Shown here: positions 21,162-32,795 of the stretch, one piece after another
How positions within the stretch are numbered: position 1 is the first letter of the stretch
How the letters are laid out: every line of letters starts with the position of its first letter
Origin: an uncultured bacterium
GTDB taxonomy: Bacteria; Babelota; Babeliae; Babelales; Babelaceae
Assembly: GCA_963713855.1 (NCBI GenBank)
Contig: OY970209.1
Span: 672,001 to 736,000 of the forward strand
DNA: 64,000 nucleotides
Direction of reading: 5' to 3'
Program-made: the position numbers and the translations under genes
Notes under the pieces: model-generated
What the model saw: only the letters and a program-made list of their open reading frames with translations
Told to the model about the DNA's origin: nothing
Databases searched by the model: none

Positions 21162-23437
21162 ATGAAAATCGGTGTTTTGCTAAGCGTAGTTTTATGCCTT
21201 CTTGTAAATGCAGAATTGCATGGTGGATGTTCTCTACAATCAGGGATAGCGTATGCTGTGCCTCCAGGTTCAACGGCTACTGGCTCAGTAAGCTTTTCGC
21301 CTTCCGGAGCATACTTGGCTGCTGCTAATAACTCCTCGGCGAATGTGACCATGTTTACCGTGCAAGCGGGTGGAGGCTTAAGCGCTGGCACTTCGTACGC
21401 TTTGCCCGGGGGTTCTTCAGGGCCGGAGCTGGTAGCGTTCTCCCCGGATAACCTATACTTGGCTACTCCTAACAATCTTTCAAATGATGTAACAATATTT
21501 AGCGTTGGAGTGGGAGGAGTTTTGAGCGGGGTATCTCTTATGCTTTGCCTTCTGGTTCAGTTAATCCGTTCTCGGTGGCATTCTCGCCTTCTGGTAGCTA
21601 TTTAGCCACCGCTAATTATAACTCAGCTAATGTAACAATCTTTACCGTAGGGGCAGGAGGAGTTTTGAGTGCTGGAGTCTCTTATGCTTTACCTGCGGGT
21701 TCTACAAATCCTCACATACTCGCGTTCTCACCTTCTGGTGCGTATTTGGCAGTCGCTAATGAGATATCAAATGATGTCACCGTATTTTCCGTATCATCAG
21801 GGGGAACACTTAGTGGAGGTAAATCTTACTCATTGCCGGCCGCTTCGACTAATTGCCGCTCAGTGGCCTTTTCGCCTTCCGGTTTATATCTGGCTACTGC
21901 TAATAGCGCTTCAAACGATGTCACCTTATTTACCGTATTACCGGGCGGGGTCTTAAGCAGTGGCACTTCGTATCCATTACCGACCGGTTCTTCAAATCCC
22001 AACCCATTGGCATTCTCACCGTCCGGCGGATACTTAGCTGTTCCTAATTTCACTTCAAATAACGTAACGGTATTTACCGTGTCAGCAAGTGGAACCTTAA
22101 GTAATAGTACCTCGTATGCTTTGCCCGCAGGTGCCTCAAATCCAACTCAAGTAGCATTCTCGCCTTCGGGGGCATACCTGGCAGCTGCTAATCAAAGCTC
22201 CAATAGTGTAACAGTGTTTGCTACTTTAGATTGTGCTATAAGCTCAGTGAGTCCGGCGACCTCTTATCCTTTACCAGCTGGTTCTCAAGAGCCTGACTCA
22301 GTAGTCTTTTCGCAGGATGGTTTGTATCTTGCGACCGCAAATTATAATTCAAGTGATCTCGCGCTTTTTGAAGTAAGTTCGCAAAGTGCGCTCAGTGCTG
22401 GAGCATCGTACGCTTTACCATTGGGTTCATTATCTTCTGATCTTGCTTTTTCTTCTAATACGTCATATCTTGCAACATCCAATAGCAAATCAAATGATGT
22501 AACACTGTTTAAAGTAGAAGGTGGAAATCTCATTGGAGGTACTTCGTATCCATTACCGGCAGGATCTACGCATCCCGCCTCAATTGATTTTTCCCCCAAC
22601 GATCTTTATCTAGCTCTTGCAAATAGTAACTCAAGCGACGTGACCATATTTAAAGTCGTTGGAGGCGCATTAACTGGTGCTCTGTCCTATCCATTACCAG
22701 CAGGGTCACTAGATCCTGTAGCCGTAGCTTTTGCACCGGATGGCTCGTATCTTGCTACAGCAAATGTTGTTTCAAATGACGTAGCGCTTTTTAACGTGAT
22801 AAATGGGACGTTAAGTAGTATATCTTCTAAGACTTTACCTTCTGGTTCTAATCGGCCGCGGTCACTAGTTTTCCTATCGAACAAAAGTGGCGGTTATTTT
22901 ATCGCTACTGCTAATAGTGATTCGAATGATGTGACCATCTTTCCACTCAATGCGGGCGTATTGAGTGCAGGCGTATCCTATCCATTACCTCTGGGAGCTC
23001 TTGATCCTTTATTTATAGCTGCCTCATTTGATGGCTCTTACCTTGCCACCGCTGATAGTGGCTCAAATAGTATTACCCTTTTGAAAGTTACGGGCGACAT
23101 GTTAGATCAGGGTACCTCTTATTACCTACCGTCTTCGTCAAGCACGGACGTTGCAATAGCATTTTCACCAGTTCTTTCAAGTAGCGGGGACACAGTGCTT
23201 GCAACGGCTAATATTGCCTCAAACGATGTGTCGGTCTTTCCTGTTCTTGGTCCTACGGGAGATGGTGGCAGTCTTCCTCTAGGAGTCATTATAGGAACAA
23301 CGGTAGGAGTACCCGTCGGTCTTGTCGTTTTAACAGCGATAGGTGTAGTTAGTTCTTGGTCAGTCTATAGATGCTTGCATCGGCATCGCCCAAGCAGCGT
23401 TAATTTTGACGGCACCGAATCGGCACAAACTCTTTGA
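21162..23437 (+). pseudogene. Secreted beta-propeller repeat protein with C-terminal TM anchor, frameshift at 21528-21531
   Basis: Adding one G to GGGG restores the repeat LSGGISYALPSGS and joins 21162..21605 to 21545..23437. Confidence 0.8.
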
Positions 23438-23482
23438 ATTTCTGATGATTCTACGGCTAAGGCCAGTCGGCCTACTTTATCA

Positions 23483-23926
23483 TCATTTTCGAATTGCCAT
23501 GATTAACTCATCCTTGCGACGTTTTTGCTCCATTGTATTTTCGGGTAGATGCTGAGCCAAAAGCCATAAGGTTTGACGATTTGGGTTTGGTGATTCCATG
23601 ATCAGTGCAAGATAGGTAAACACGCTTTTGAATTTAGGAAGCGAATGTTGAGGATCGGTGCCAAACTTTTGGTAAAACTCTTGTTGCAAGGTGGCTTGAG
23701 ATGTGTTGGGCAGTAACTGGAATAAAAAAGCAAGCTCTTGCTCTTTTGTAAATCCCAATGGCGCTGTAGAGATTCTAGTTTGAGGGGATTCAAGCAAACT
23801 TTTGTAAGTCTGAGATGGGTCTTTATCTAAAGCATCCGCAAAATCCTTAAGCGTAAAGTTTGTGGCAGCGCTTATAAGTGTGGGCAGCATACACATAACG
23901 AATAATGTACAATTTCTCAATCGCAT
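23483..23926 (-). CDS. Hypothetical secreted protein
   Basis: AGGAG RBS, signal peptide, 147 aa. Confidence 0.65.
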   Translation of the reverse strand: MRLRNCTLFVMCMLPTLISAATNFTLKDFADALDKDPSQTYKSLLESPQTRISTAPLGFTKEQELAFLFQLLPNTSQATLQQEFYQKFGTDPQHSLPKFKSVFTYLALIMESPNPNRQTLWLLAQHLPENTMEQKRRKDELIMAIRK

Positions 23927-24216
23927 TGAAAATCTCCTAGTAAGTTTTATTCTTTAAAATAAATAAAAATATTAACAAATGTCAATAAAATGAGCGCTGT
24001 TTAAAAATTTTGTCGCGATCAAAAAAACTATTTCCGGAACTTTCTCTTGATGGTGTTCTGGGAAGATAAGCATACTGCAAAATAAGCAAATAGATCCTGT
24101 TTTTTTGGGGTCACCCCACGAATACTGAGGAGACATGCATCGGTTTTTCTCCCGTAATACAGAAGGTAACAGAGTAAAGTCGTGTATATAGGAAAATACA
24201 GACATAAGGAGGTTAA

Positions 24217-24828
24217 GTGAAGCCTGGTTTCTTTTTGACGTGTATCTTTATTGGCCAGTTTCTTTTTGCACATGAAGGGCATGACAAAATAACTATAGAA
24301 CAAGAAAGTATTAAGTCGAATGAGTCTCATGATGGCGGTAGACCTCAAACATGGATGCAATGGATGGGTGTTTTTCATTTGTTTTTTTTACACTTTCCCC
24401 TTGCTTTAATTAACATGACTGCTATATCCGACTTCATCTTTGCTCGATATAGAAAAGCTCCATTTAAACAAGCTTCCCGCTTTATGTTAATCGCGGCTGC
24501 AATTTTATCTCCTCTTACAGCTTTTCTTGGCTTAGCATACAGCTATTCGGTTTCTTATTATGGAGTAATGGAGACATTTCTTTTTTGGCACATGTGGCTC
24601 GGAATAGCGTCATCTATTCTAAGTATAGCTGTTGCTCTTATTAGAGAGCTTTTCGGGGTAAATGCTTTTTATTACTGTTGTTTGGTTCTTCTCGTCACGA
24701 CAGTAAATATCACTGCTTTTTTTGGAGGAGAAATGACATTTGGGCCATTCCATTTATATTTCCCTCTTAAAAAAAACTCGCAATCTACAAGTCAAGCGAA
24801 GCAAGCAATCAATAACAAGAGTCATTAA
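24217..24828 (+). CDS. DUF2231-like membrane protein
   Basis: AGGAGG RBS; GVFHLFFLHFPLAL, WHMWLG, GGEMTFG. Confidence 0.75.
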   Translation: MKPGFFLTCIFIGQFLFAHEGHDKITIEQESIKSNESHDGGRPQTWMQWMGVFHLFFLHFPLALINMTAISDFIFARYRKAPFKQASRFMLIAAAILSPLTAFLGLAYSYSVSYYGVMETFLFWHMWLGIASSILSIAVALIRELFGVNAFYYCCLVLLVTTVNITAFFGGEMTFGPFHLYFPLKKNSQSTSQAKQAINNKSH

Positions 24829-24996
24829 TAACGATCGCAAAAACTCTAATAAAAAACTGCACACTTTAGTTGGTACAAGTATCCAGCCTCTGGTGTAACA
24901 GCGTTATACATATCTTATTGATATTAATCCGTAGCAAATGTGTTATCTGCCATGATATGCTCGGCAAAATAATAAAGTAAACAAGGTGATGCCGGT

Positions 24997-26286
24997 ATGA
25001 AAGCTACCATCAAACCTCAGGATTTTGTTTTTTGGTCTATGAGAGACGTTCTGCAGCCTTCCTTAAAGGGGCCGTTAACAGTTGATGTTGTTGTTGTAGG
25101 CGGTGGTATGGCGGGTATTAGTGCTGCTCAATCCTTTGCTCAACAAGGGGCATCCGTTGCCCTTCTTGAAAAAACATACTGTGGCGCCGGTGCAACGGGC
25201 AAAAGTTCTGGGTTTATCATTCCAAACACCGAGTTTTCGCTCGGCGATCTTATTCGTTTTTACGGGCCCAAAGATGCAGGAGTGTTGTGGAAGCTTGTCA
25301 CTGATGGCGTTGAGCATATTAGGTCAACTATAAAAACTCATAATCTTGGCTGCGATTACACGCAACAGGATGCATTTTTAGTTGCCACAAGTGAAAGAAG
25401 TGTGAGTTCTATTTTAAAGCCGGATCAAGCTGCCTATGACGAGTTGTCGTATAAAAGTACTTTATTAAGTCCCGATGAGCTTTTTGAGTATATACAATCC
25501 TCTACGTATTACGGCGGTATTCGCTATGAAAATACCTTTGGCATAAATGGCTACCGCTACTGCCAAGAGCTTAAAAAAGTGCTCATAAAGCAGGGTGTTC
25601 AAATATATGAAGAAACACCAGTTACTGAATTAACTGAGCACGGCGTAAAAACGACTGAAGGTGAAGTTAAAGCCCAACACGTTGTTGTGTGCCTTGATCG
25701 ATTTGTAACAGACTTAGGTAAACTGAAGCATGATATTTTCCATGTGCAGACCTTTTTAACGCTTACCGAGCCTTTATCCGACAGTCAGATTCACGCCATA
25801 TTTCCAAAAGGGCCTTGCATGGTCTGGGATACTAATACGATTTACAATTATTATCGATTGACCGCTGATAATCGCTTAATGGTAGGGGGAGCTGAACTTC
25901 TTTCCACCTATGCTTATAAAGAAAAACATAATAACTATCGTCAGGCTGCTAACCTTCATGCCTATATAAAACGCACATTCCCGCAGCTTTCTGTAGAGTT
26001 CTCCTATATATGGCCTGGTATGTTGGGTATCAGTAAAGATGTTATGCCAATCGCAAGCCAAGACAAGCATATGCCAAATGTCTTCTATGTCGGTGCAGCG
26101 ACAGGTCTTTCATGGGCCGCCGCGTTGGGAAGATACAGCGCCACACGAGTTTTAAAGCGAGACGATGACGTAGAAAGGCTCCTTTCTTATGAGCGTTTTT
26201 CTCGACTTAGTAGGATTGCTTCAATGATTTTTGGAGACCCTTTAACGTTTGCTTTAAATAATTTGCGCAGAGTTGGGACTCTTTAA
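24997..26286 (+). CDS. FAD-dependent oxidoreductase (DAO/PuuB-like)
   Basis: DVVVVGGGMAG, GATGKSSG, QIYEETPV, YIWPG. Confidence 0.9.
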   Translation: MKATIKPQDFVFWSMRDVLQPSLKGPLTVDVVVVGGGMAGISAAQSFAQQGASVALLEKTYCGAGATGKSSGFIIPNTEFSLGDLIRFYGPKDAGVLWKLVTDGVEHIRSTIKTHNLGCDYTQQDAFLVATSERSVSSILKPDQAAYDELSYKSTLLSPDELFEYIQSSTYYGGIRYENTFGINGYRYCQELKKVLIKQGVQIYEETPVTELTEHGVKTTEGEVKAQHVVVCLDRFVTDLGKLKHDIFHVQTFLTLTEPLSDSQIHAIFPKGPCMVWDTNTIYNYYRLTADNRLMVGGAELLSTYAYKEKHNNYRQAANLHAYIKRTFPQLSVEFSYIWPGMLGISKDVMPIASQDKHMPNVFYVGAATGLSWAAALGRYSATRVLKRDDDVERLLSYERFSRLSRIASMIFGDPLTFALNNLRRVGTL

Positions 26287-26377
26287 GCATCCGCTTTTCT
26301 AACTTCAAGTTAACGTAAAAAGTTTAATTGCTTTATCTCATTGGAACCTGCTAGAATGGCCAAAAGGGGGAAATAGT

Positions 26378-26992
26378 ATGAAATTGTTAAAAAGAAGCTT
26401 TGGGGGGCTTACCTGCCATGATTGCTTTCGCGTGGGTGTTTCTTTTTTGATTGGTCTTGGACTATTAGCGCTTTTATTAGTGCCTGCTTATTATTTTTTG
26501 CAACGAGCCCGCCGCGTTGAGGAGGCGTCCGTTGTAAGTACTGTTCAAAAGCTAGCTGCTCTTTTTACTAAAATTAACAAGGACGCGCACATTCTTGGTT
26601 TTGAGCTTGAAAAAACGCCTATTAACTTTCTCACTGTTCGCTCATTTGTAGGCTCTACCGTCGGATCGATGAGTCTTGAGTTTCCTGCAAAGTGGGCAGG
26701 GCCATATAGCCAAGAGACGCCAAAGATTCAGGACCACTACTACTATGTCCTTAAAAATGATCATGGCTATTACATTGTTCCTGGAGATGGTGTTGAGCTT
26801 GAAAAGGGAAAAACAATTGGAAAAGATATTGTCTTAGGTTCACATACACCTATTGAAGAGCTTCTACGCTCCGAGCCCGCGCTTTTGTATGAAGGACAAC
26901 CTCTTATTGTAAAACTTGCTTTAGAGCCCCAACGCACCGAGCTTATTGCCCGTCTTGAAGCGGAAGCATTTGGTACTTACGTCGCCGAATAG
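26378..26992 (+). CDS. Membrane-anchored protein, possibly GspG/pseudopilin-like
   Basis: Degenerate prepilin-like N-terminus (GLTCHD followed by a hydrophobic helix ending VP) and KWAGPY. Confidence 0.45.
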   Translation: MKLLKRSFGGLTCHDCFRVGVSFLIGLGLLALLLVPAYYFLQRARRVEEASVVSTVQKLAALFTKINKDAHILGFELEKTPINFLTVRSFVGSTVGSMSLEFPAKWAGPYSQETPKIQDHYYYVLKNDHGYYIVPGDGVELEKGKTIGKDIVLGSHTPIEELLRSEPALLYEGQPLIVKLALEPQRTELIARLEAEAFGTYVAE

Positions 26993-27480
26993 GTTCTTTC
27001 TCGAACATTGCTTTTCTTAAAGCCACTATGTAGGCGAACGCGAGTTTTTCCTTGAACAGTATCTATCATGAGCGTAGCAAGCTGTGTGGGCTTTTCGTAG
27101 GAGACAATGTATTCAACTGGGTTATTAAAAGAGAGAATAAGTTCCTCACGCCAGCCAAGGCGCTCCATTTCGCGTTTATAAAAACTGAGACACTCATCCG
27201 GTAAAAGCGGGGTCGTATACGCAAAAATGCAACCTGCACCATCAAGCGCTTCTCGCGTTTTTTGTGTGTCAGGGGTAATGCCAAGAGGGAGTGGAACGTC
27301 ACTCCACTTAGCTTCGCACATGCGTAACTCCCCTTTTTTTGCAAGCAAAGTGGGCTTTAAAACACGCGTGCGACACCGTGGAACACACCCCGATAGAATA
27401 AGCAGAGCCGCGTACCAAACTGCGTGCCGAGCTTTGTGCAAGAAATCACTCTGTAGCTTGAGTAGTCTTGTTTGCTTCAC
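26977..27480 (-). CDS. Putative lipoprotein
   Basis: LLILSGC lipobox; DVPLP and [11 protein letters not shown]; start position uncertain. Confidence 0.6.
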   Translation of the reverse strand: MKQTRLLKLQSDFLHKARHAVWYAALLILSGCVPRCRTRVLKPTLLAKKGELRMCEAKWSDVPLPLGITPDTQKTREALDGAGCIFAYTTPLLPDECLSFYKREMERLGWREELILSFNNPVEYIVSYEKPTQLATLMIDTVQGKTRVRLHSGFKKSNVRERTYSAT

Positions 27481-27841
27481 TCGTCACCTTTTCTTGAATA
27501 CGCGCTGCTTTGCCAACGCGGTCGCGAAGGTAATAGAGTTTGGCTCTACGCACTTGTCCCTGTTTTACTAGACGGATGGCCTGAATTAGCGGTGAATACA
27601 GCGGAAAAATGCGCTCAACCGCTACAGCATGAGCGCTCATGCGGCGTACAGTGAATGTCGTAGAAACACCGCTTTTACGCATGGCTATGACATCGCCTTC
27701 GAACGTTTGAATACGGCTCTTATCGCCCTCAATAACTTTTTGTTCGACAGCTACTGTATCCCCAACCTTAAAATCGGGAAAATCTCGCTTTGGAAGGTCC
27801 ACGCTGTTAATTGTTTCTTTCGTGTGCTTGTTAGTTTTCAT
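27446..27841 (-). CDS. rplS: 50S ribosomal protein L19
   Basis: [34 protein letters not shown]. Confidence 0.97.
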   Translation of the reverse strand: MKTNKHTKETINSVDLPKRDFPDFKVGDTVAVEQKVIEGDKSRIQTFEGDVIAMRKSGVSTTFTVRRMSAHAVAVERIFPLYSPLIQAIRLVKQGQVRRAKLYYLRDRVGKAARIQEKVTSEANKTTQATE

Positions 27842-29174
27842 AGAAATCCTTTCGAGGAGCTTGATAAAAAGTTTTGATGTTATTGCCAAGCCAGCGGTCA
27901 AAAATAACCGCTGCCGCTGACCGGACCGATAAATGGTTAAATGGTGTAAAGCCTTGAATAGGTGGCAGCATAAACGTGCATTTTTCTAATAAGCTCGGCG
28001 CTAATCCGTGACCCGTGCCTAAAACAAATAAGACTGGTTGTTGCAGCTTCCAAACCGCAGATTGATCATGGTAGGTAATAGGGTTTTTGTGTTTATTATA
28101 TTCCTCTTTCCTCGCTGATGTAGCTATAAGAAGAGGTTCTTTGCCCTCGGCTTTTTGTATAGCTTCAATGACTTCCGATAACGTATGCGCAATTCTTACT
28201 TTGCTTACTGCTTCCTGCCTTTGCTTATTGTAGGCAGTACCTTCCGGAGACATCCAAAAATCAAGAAGGGTCGTAATAATTTTTTGCTGGTCAAGAAGCG
28301 GTGTTACAAGAAAATACTCTTTAAGTCCGTACGTAGAGGAAGCACGAGCAATATCATGAATGTCAATTGAGGTGACCGATGTTTCGCCCTCGCGACTATC
28401 CGGCAGCATAACTTGCGTATGCATAAGTGCAACATAATGAGGAGGTATCTCCTCAAGAACCAACTTTTTTTCATCGTGCGTTAAAACGTGACTCTTAAGC
28501 CAATCAAAGTGGTTCTTTAAGCTGTTTTGAACTGCTTCTTGCCGCCTCCACGCTTCAAGAGCTTTGTGATTGCCCGAGCGAAGGACCTCCGGAACTGCCC
28601 GGTCCTTCCAAACGACCGGCTCGGTATATTCTGGGTGATCAACAAGTGCTCGCGTGAATGAATCGTGCTCAACAGATTGAGCATCACCAACAACGCCCGG
28701 TATAAGACGAGCAAGGCCTTCTATAAGCATCATTGCGGGAAGGTCTCCTCCCATCAGAACTATATTGCCGACAGAAAGCGTTTTATCAGAGTAATACTCC
28801 TCAGCCCTTGCATCAATACCCTCATAGCGAGCAGGCATAAGCATAAGATGTTTATGCTTACAGAGCTTAGCATAGAGCTCTTTGAGCACGTCCTGGTCAA
28901 GTATTTGGCCTTGGGGAGAGAAAAATATTTTAAAAGCCGGACCATGTGCTGATTCCACGTGCTCAACCGCGCGTTCAATGACGTCAGGCTTTATGAGCAT
29001 GCCTGCTCCATGCCCGTACGTTGGTGCATCGATTCGCTGCTTTGATCCTTTAAAGTTTAAGAGGCTAGAAACCTCTATTTGAAGGAGGTTTTGCGCACGA
29101 GCGCGCCCGATAAGGCTTGCATCTAAAAAAGAAGTATAGAGCTCTGGAAAAAGCGTTACAACCGAGATAAACAT
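27831..29174 (-). CDS. trmD: tRNA m1G37 methyltransferase TrmD fused to a second SPOUT RNA methyltransferase domain
   Basis: [23 protein letters not shown]-terminal DIHDIAR...[11 protein letters not shown] domain. Confidence 0.93.
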   Translation of the reverse strand: MFISVVTLFPELYTSFLDASLIGRARAQNLLQIEVSSLLNFKGSKQRIDAPTYGHGAGMLIKPDVIERAVEHVESAHGPAFKIFFSPQGQILDQDVLKELYAKLCKHKHLMLMPARYEGIDARAEEYYSDKTLSVGNIVLMGGDLPAMMLIEGLARLIPGVVGDAQSVEHDSFTRALVDHPEYTEPVVWKDRAVPEVLRSGNHKALEAWRRQEAVQNSLKNHFDWLKSHVLTHDEKKLVLEEIPPHYVALMHTQVMLPDSREGETSVTSIDIHDIARASSTYGLKEYFLVTPLLDQQKIITTLLDFWMSPEGTAYNKQRQEAVSKVRIAHTLSEVIEAIQKAEGKEPLLIATSARKEEYNKHKNPITYHDQSAVWKLQQPVLFVLGTGHGLAPSLLEKCTFMLPPIQGFTPFNHLSVRSAAAVIFDRWLGNNIKTFYQAPRKDFYEN

Positions 29175-29404
29175 TATTCTGCGCTATCAACAACAAGGTC
29201 TATGGCTTCTGGAGATACAACTTGAACAATAGTGCGTAAAGCTTTAAAGGTTCTTCCTTCGCTACCTATGACGCGGCCCAGGTCTTGAGGCGCAACGCGG
29301 ACTTGTACGACTGCTTTTCCAGCAACATCTACTTGCTGAACAGTCACCTGGTTTGGTTTATCAACAAGCTTTTTAACCAAAAAAGTTATAAGAGTGGTAA
29401 TCAT
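29174..29404 (-). CDS. khpA: KH-domain RNA-binding protein
   Basis: LVDKP, DLGRVIGSEGRT; lies between rpsP and trmD. Confidence 0.88.
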   Translation of the reverse strand: MITTLITFLVKKLVDKPNQVTVQQVDVAGKAVVQVRVAPQDLGRVIGSEGRTFKALRTIVQVVSPEAIDLVVDSAE

Positions 29405-29406
29405 GA

Positions 29407-29655
29407 TTATGTAGCTTGTTGTTTGGTGTAAATCTTATAGATTCTTTTGACTGCATCGCTTATAATAGCACCTTTGGAAATCCAGGCATCTATACGCTCT
29501 TTATGAAACTGTATAACTTTTCCATCTACTGGGTTATACGTTCCAAGATCGTCAAGCGCTTTACCGTCACGCTTATTTCGCACATCCGTAGCCACGATGC
29601 GGTATACCGGGGCATTCTTGGTTCCTATGCGGGCAAATCTAATTTTCACTGCCAT
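29407..29655 (-). CDS. rpsP: 30S ribosomal protein S16
   Basis: MAVKIRFARIG, YRIVATD, KRDG, LGTYNP. Confidence 0.97.
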   Translation of the reverse strand: MAVKIRFARIGTKNAPVYRIVATDVRNKRDGKALDDLGTYNPVDGKVIQFHKERIDAWISKGAIISDAVKRIYKIYTKQQAT

Positions 29656-29684
29656 AATAACTATCCGTTCGTTTAATGGGTACT

Positions 29685-31016
29685 TTACTTAAAAAAGGAG
29701 CGAGCGCCCCCCATCTTCTTAAAAAGCTTAACAAATTGCTGACTTTGTTCAAACTTAGCTAATAATATGTCGATATCCGCCACTTTAACACCTGCCCCTT
29801 GCGCTATTCTACTTTTGCGGCCAGCATTAAGAACCTTGGGCTCAATGCGCTCTTTTCGCGTCATCGATCCTATAATAGCCTTAAACTTCTTAAGCTCAAC
29901 CTCACCTTTTTCGAGCATCTCCTGATTTATCGATAGTGAGCTGCTACCAGGTATATAGCGCATGAGTGATGAAAGTGATCCAAGGCCAGACATCATTGAA
30001 AGCTGATCGGCAAAGTCCTGTAGAGTGATCTTGCCCGATTCTAAAGCGGATGATAATTGAGCCTGTTTTTGGTTGTCAATCTTACTATTGGCTTTTTCGA
30101 CAAGGCTTAATATATCCCCCATATCAAGCATCCGGCCTGCAATCCGCTCAGGCTTAAAAAGCTCCAAATCTGCCGTTTTTTCACCAACGCCCATAAAACT
30201 AACGGGCTTTTTGAGCATATACCGGAAGGCGAATGCCGCACCTCCTCGAGCGTAACTATCCATTTTGGTCAAGATTGCTTCAGAAAAACCGACCATCTCT
30301 TCAAATGCTTGTGCAACCCTAATCGATTCTTGGCCTGTCATAGCATCAAGCACCAGGAAAGCATGCTCAGGAGCTACAATGCTCTTTATTTCTCCAAGCT
30401 CCTCCATGAGCTGCTGATCAACTTGTAAGCGGCCAGCCGTATCAAGAATAAGTACCTGATAGCCTTTTTCTTTACTATAGCGCACTATTTCTTCTGTAGC
30501 AGTTATCGGATCTTTTGATTCCGCTCTATAAAAATCGATGGAAGCATGCTTAGAAAGTGTTTCAAGTTGTTCGATCGCCGCTGGTCGGTAAAAATCTACT
30601 GAGGCTACAAGAATCTTGCACGGTTTTGTATCTTGAGCTTTAATGAATGCAGCAAGTTTGATTGCTGTCGTTGTTTTTCCAGAGCCTTGTAGGCCCATCA
30701 GCATAATTTTTATTGGCGTTTTGAATCTGTAAGTAGTCTCTTTGCCGACACTGCCGCCCAAAAAGTGTACCACTTTATCATAAACAAGCTTTGTAAGGTA
30801 CTCATCAGCCTTGAGCGTTTTTGTGATTGTTTGTCCGGTGATCTCTTTTTTAAGCTCTCCGACAAAGCTCTCGACCACTTGTAAAGGGACGTCTGCTTGT
30901 AGAAGAGCATCACGAACTGCATCAAAAGTCTTATTGACCGTCGCCTCAGTTAAACGAGTGCTTCCTTTTAGGGCAGAAAAAATGGAAGAAAATTTGTTGG
31001 AAAGAAAATCGAACAT
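29685..31016 (-). CDS. ffh: Signal recognition particle protein
   Basis: GLQGSGKTT, DTAGR, TKMD, C-terminal M domain. Confidence 0.97.
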   Translation of the reverse strand: MFDFLSNKFSSIFSALKGSTRLTEATVNKTFDAVRDALLQADVPLQVVESFVGELKKEITGQTITKTLKADEYLTKLVYDKVVHFLGGSVGKETTYRFKTPIKIMLMGLQGSGKTTTAIKLAAFIKAQDTKPCKILVASVDFYRPAAIEQLETLSKHASIDFYRAESKDPITATEEIVRYSKEKGYQVLILDTAGRLQVDQQLMEELGEIKSIVAPEHAFLVLDAMTGQESIRVAQAFEEMVGFSEAILTKMDSYARGGAAFAFRYMLKKPVSFMGVGEKTADLELFKPERIAGRMLDMGDILSLVEKANSKIDNQKQAQLSSALESGKITLQDFADQLSMMSGLGSLSSLMRYIPGSSSLSINQEMLEKGEVELKKFKAIIGSMTRKERIEPKVLNAGRKSRIAQGAGVKVADIDILLAKFEQSQQFVKLFKKMGGARSFFK

Positions 31017-31148
31017 ACAGCCTCTAGAGCCAATTTTGAAACATTTTCATTCAGTATAACATTAATTAGGTGCCAGAGCTACTGAAACAATATCATTTGC
31101 AATCCACGTTAGACTGTTTTTAGAGAAACGTTTTAAGAGGTCCAAATA

Positions 31149-31178
31149 TTGACAATTTGAAATGATATAAGTTAATAT
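31149..31178 (+). promoter_or_regulatory. Putative sigma70 promoter TTGACA-18-TAATAT
   Basis: The same arrangement is conserved upstream of the paralog at 32740. Confidence 0.55.
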
Positions 31179-31210
31179 AATTTAATATTAGGTCAAGATG
31201 ATGAGGGTAA

Positions 31211-32632
31211 ATGATGCTGAAAAAGCTTGTGGGCTTAATATTTCTGACGAGCGGATTCATGCTTTGGTCAATGGAAGGTCAGGATGACCAAGCTCAAGCT
31301 CTCCAAAAACTTCGTGACCAGAAATTATTTGATGCTATAGAAAAAGAGGATGAAAAAAGCGTCGTTGAAGCGATTGATGCCGGCGGCAACGTTAATGCCC
31401 AAATGGAAAACGGCGGTACGCCACTCATGGTGGCGTCCACACACGGGTTGTTGGCGTTAAGGCAGGGTCGTAAGCAAATCATTGAAATCCTCTTGGAGCG
31501 TGGAGCTAAGGTTGACGCTCTGGACACCGGTGGGTGGACCGCTTTGATATATGCACTTTTTTTTGGTCATTTTGGTGTAGCCGATTTTCTTATCAAACGT
31601 GGTGCTAGATCTACGGGATTCATGTTTAAGGAAAGTGATAAAGTTTTTAGAGCTCTTCAAACCAAATTTAATTTTTATCTTCACCGATCAGTTGTCGGAA
31701 GAAGATTAGATGGAGCTCAGGCAGCTCTCAATTTGGGTGCCGATATCAACGGATGGACCATTGGTGACGAAAGGCGCATGGACGCACCAATTGTAACGGC
31801 TGCTCAGTATCGATATATGCCTATGGTTGAACTTCTCGTAGAGCGTGGGGCGAATGTTAATAGTCAAAACCAGCTCGAGCAGTCAGCGCTTTCGTGGGCG
31901 AAATATCACGGAGATGTGCAACTGGTTATGTACCTGGTAGAGCATGGCGCTCAAGTCGAAGGCTTCAGCTTTTCATTTATTATCACAAAACCACTCTTAA
32001 CGGAGATCTTGAATAAAAATGTCGATGAAGTAAAAAGCATTTTAGCTAACCGGTATTATGGCAATATCGAGCTAAATGAAGAAGAAATTGGTGAGGCCTT
32101 GCCGTTGGCTGTGGCTCTTAATGAGCAAGGTATAGTTGATACATTGTTAGCCCATTTCGGTACGTATATAACCAATGAGAGCATCGAAAGATCTTTAATA
32201 AGCGCGATTTCAGCAAAAAATCTAGAGAGTTTTAAGAGATTTTATCTTCTTGCAAGAAAAAAGTTATCTTATGGTGAGTTTAAAAGAGCCGTAGACGCCG
32301 CTTTACTATGGGCAGTAACTTCTCGAGATGGGCCGGTTGTAGGTTTTATCCTAGAGCGTGCTTTTGCTTATAACGAAATAGTCGATCTAAATGTGGCAGA
32401 GGCAGGGCGACGTCTGGCGGAACTGTTAAGAACACCTCTTACGCAAGAAGAGAGAGAAGCATTACAGAGCATTGGAAAAAGTCTTGTGGCAGCACCTAGA
32501 TTACGGGAAATTGCCCGAGCAACTAGTCAAGGAACACCTCTTGAAAGGCTGTTAGGGCTAATACCACAGCTTCCCCCTGAGCTTATAGCTCTTATCTTGG
32601 GGATAACGGTGCAACCTAACCTACCCAAGTAA
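31211..32632 (+). CDS. Secreted ankyrin-repeat protein with C-terminal F-box-like motif
   Basis: Signal peptide then MEGQ; GTPLMVA, GWTALIYA; IPQLPPELIALIL. Confidence 0.85.
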   Translation: MMLKKLVGLIFLTSGFMLWSMEGQDDQAQALQKLRDQKLFDAIEKEDEKSVVEAIDAGGNVNAQMENGGTPLMVASTHGLLALRQGRKQIIEILLERGAKVDALDTGGWTALIYALFFGHFGVADFLIKRGARSTGFMFKESDKVFRALQTKFNFYLHRSVVGRRLDGAQAALNLGADINGWTIGDERRMDAPIVTAAQYRYMPMVELLVERGANVNSQNQLEQSALSWAKYHGDVQLVMYLVEHGAQVEGFSFSFIITKPLLTEILNKNVDEVKSILANRYYGNIELNEEEIGEALPLAVALNEQGIVDTLLAHFGTYITNESIERSLISAISAKNLESFKRFYLLARKKLSYGEFKRAVDAALLWAVTSRDGPVVGFILERAFAYNEIVDLNVAEAGRRLAELLRTPLTQEEREALQSIGKSLVAAPRLREIARATSQGTPLERLLGLIPQLPPELIALILGITVQPNLPK

Positions 32633-32739
32633 GCAGGCAATCTTCAATTATACGCGTTAATCATCTTTTTATGTCGGTATACATAGTAAGCCAGCCTTTA
32701 AGTTTTGAACGATAAGCACATCTACTTGAGAACCTATTA

Positions 32740-32769
32740 TTGACAAATGGAAATAATATGTCTTAATAT
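32740..32769 (+). promoter_or_regulatory. Putative sigma70 promoter TTGACA-18-TAATAT
   Basis: Homologous to 31149..31178. Confidence 0.55.
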
Positions 32770-32795
32770 AAATAAAAATAAGTTTTATAAGGTGA

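Noticed and set aside
23972..24378. Minus-strand ORFs 23972..24205 and 24028..24378
   Set aside because: They overlap the better-supported DUF2231-like gene or its promoter region and have no recognisable features.
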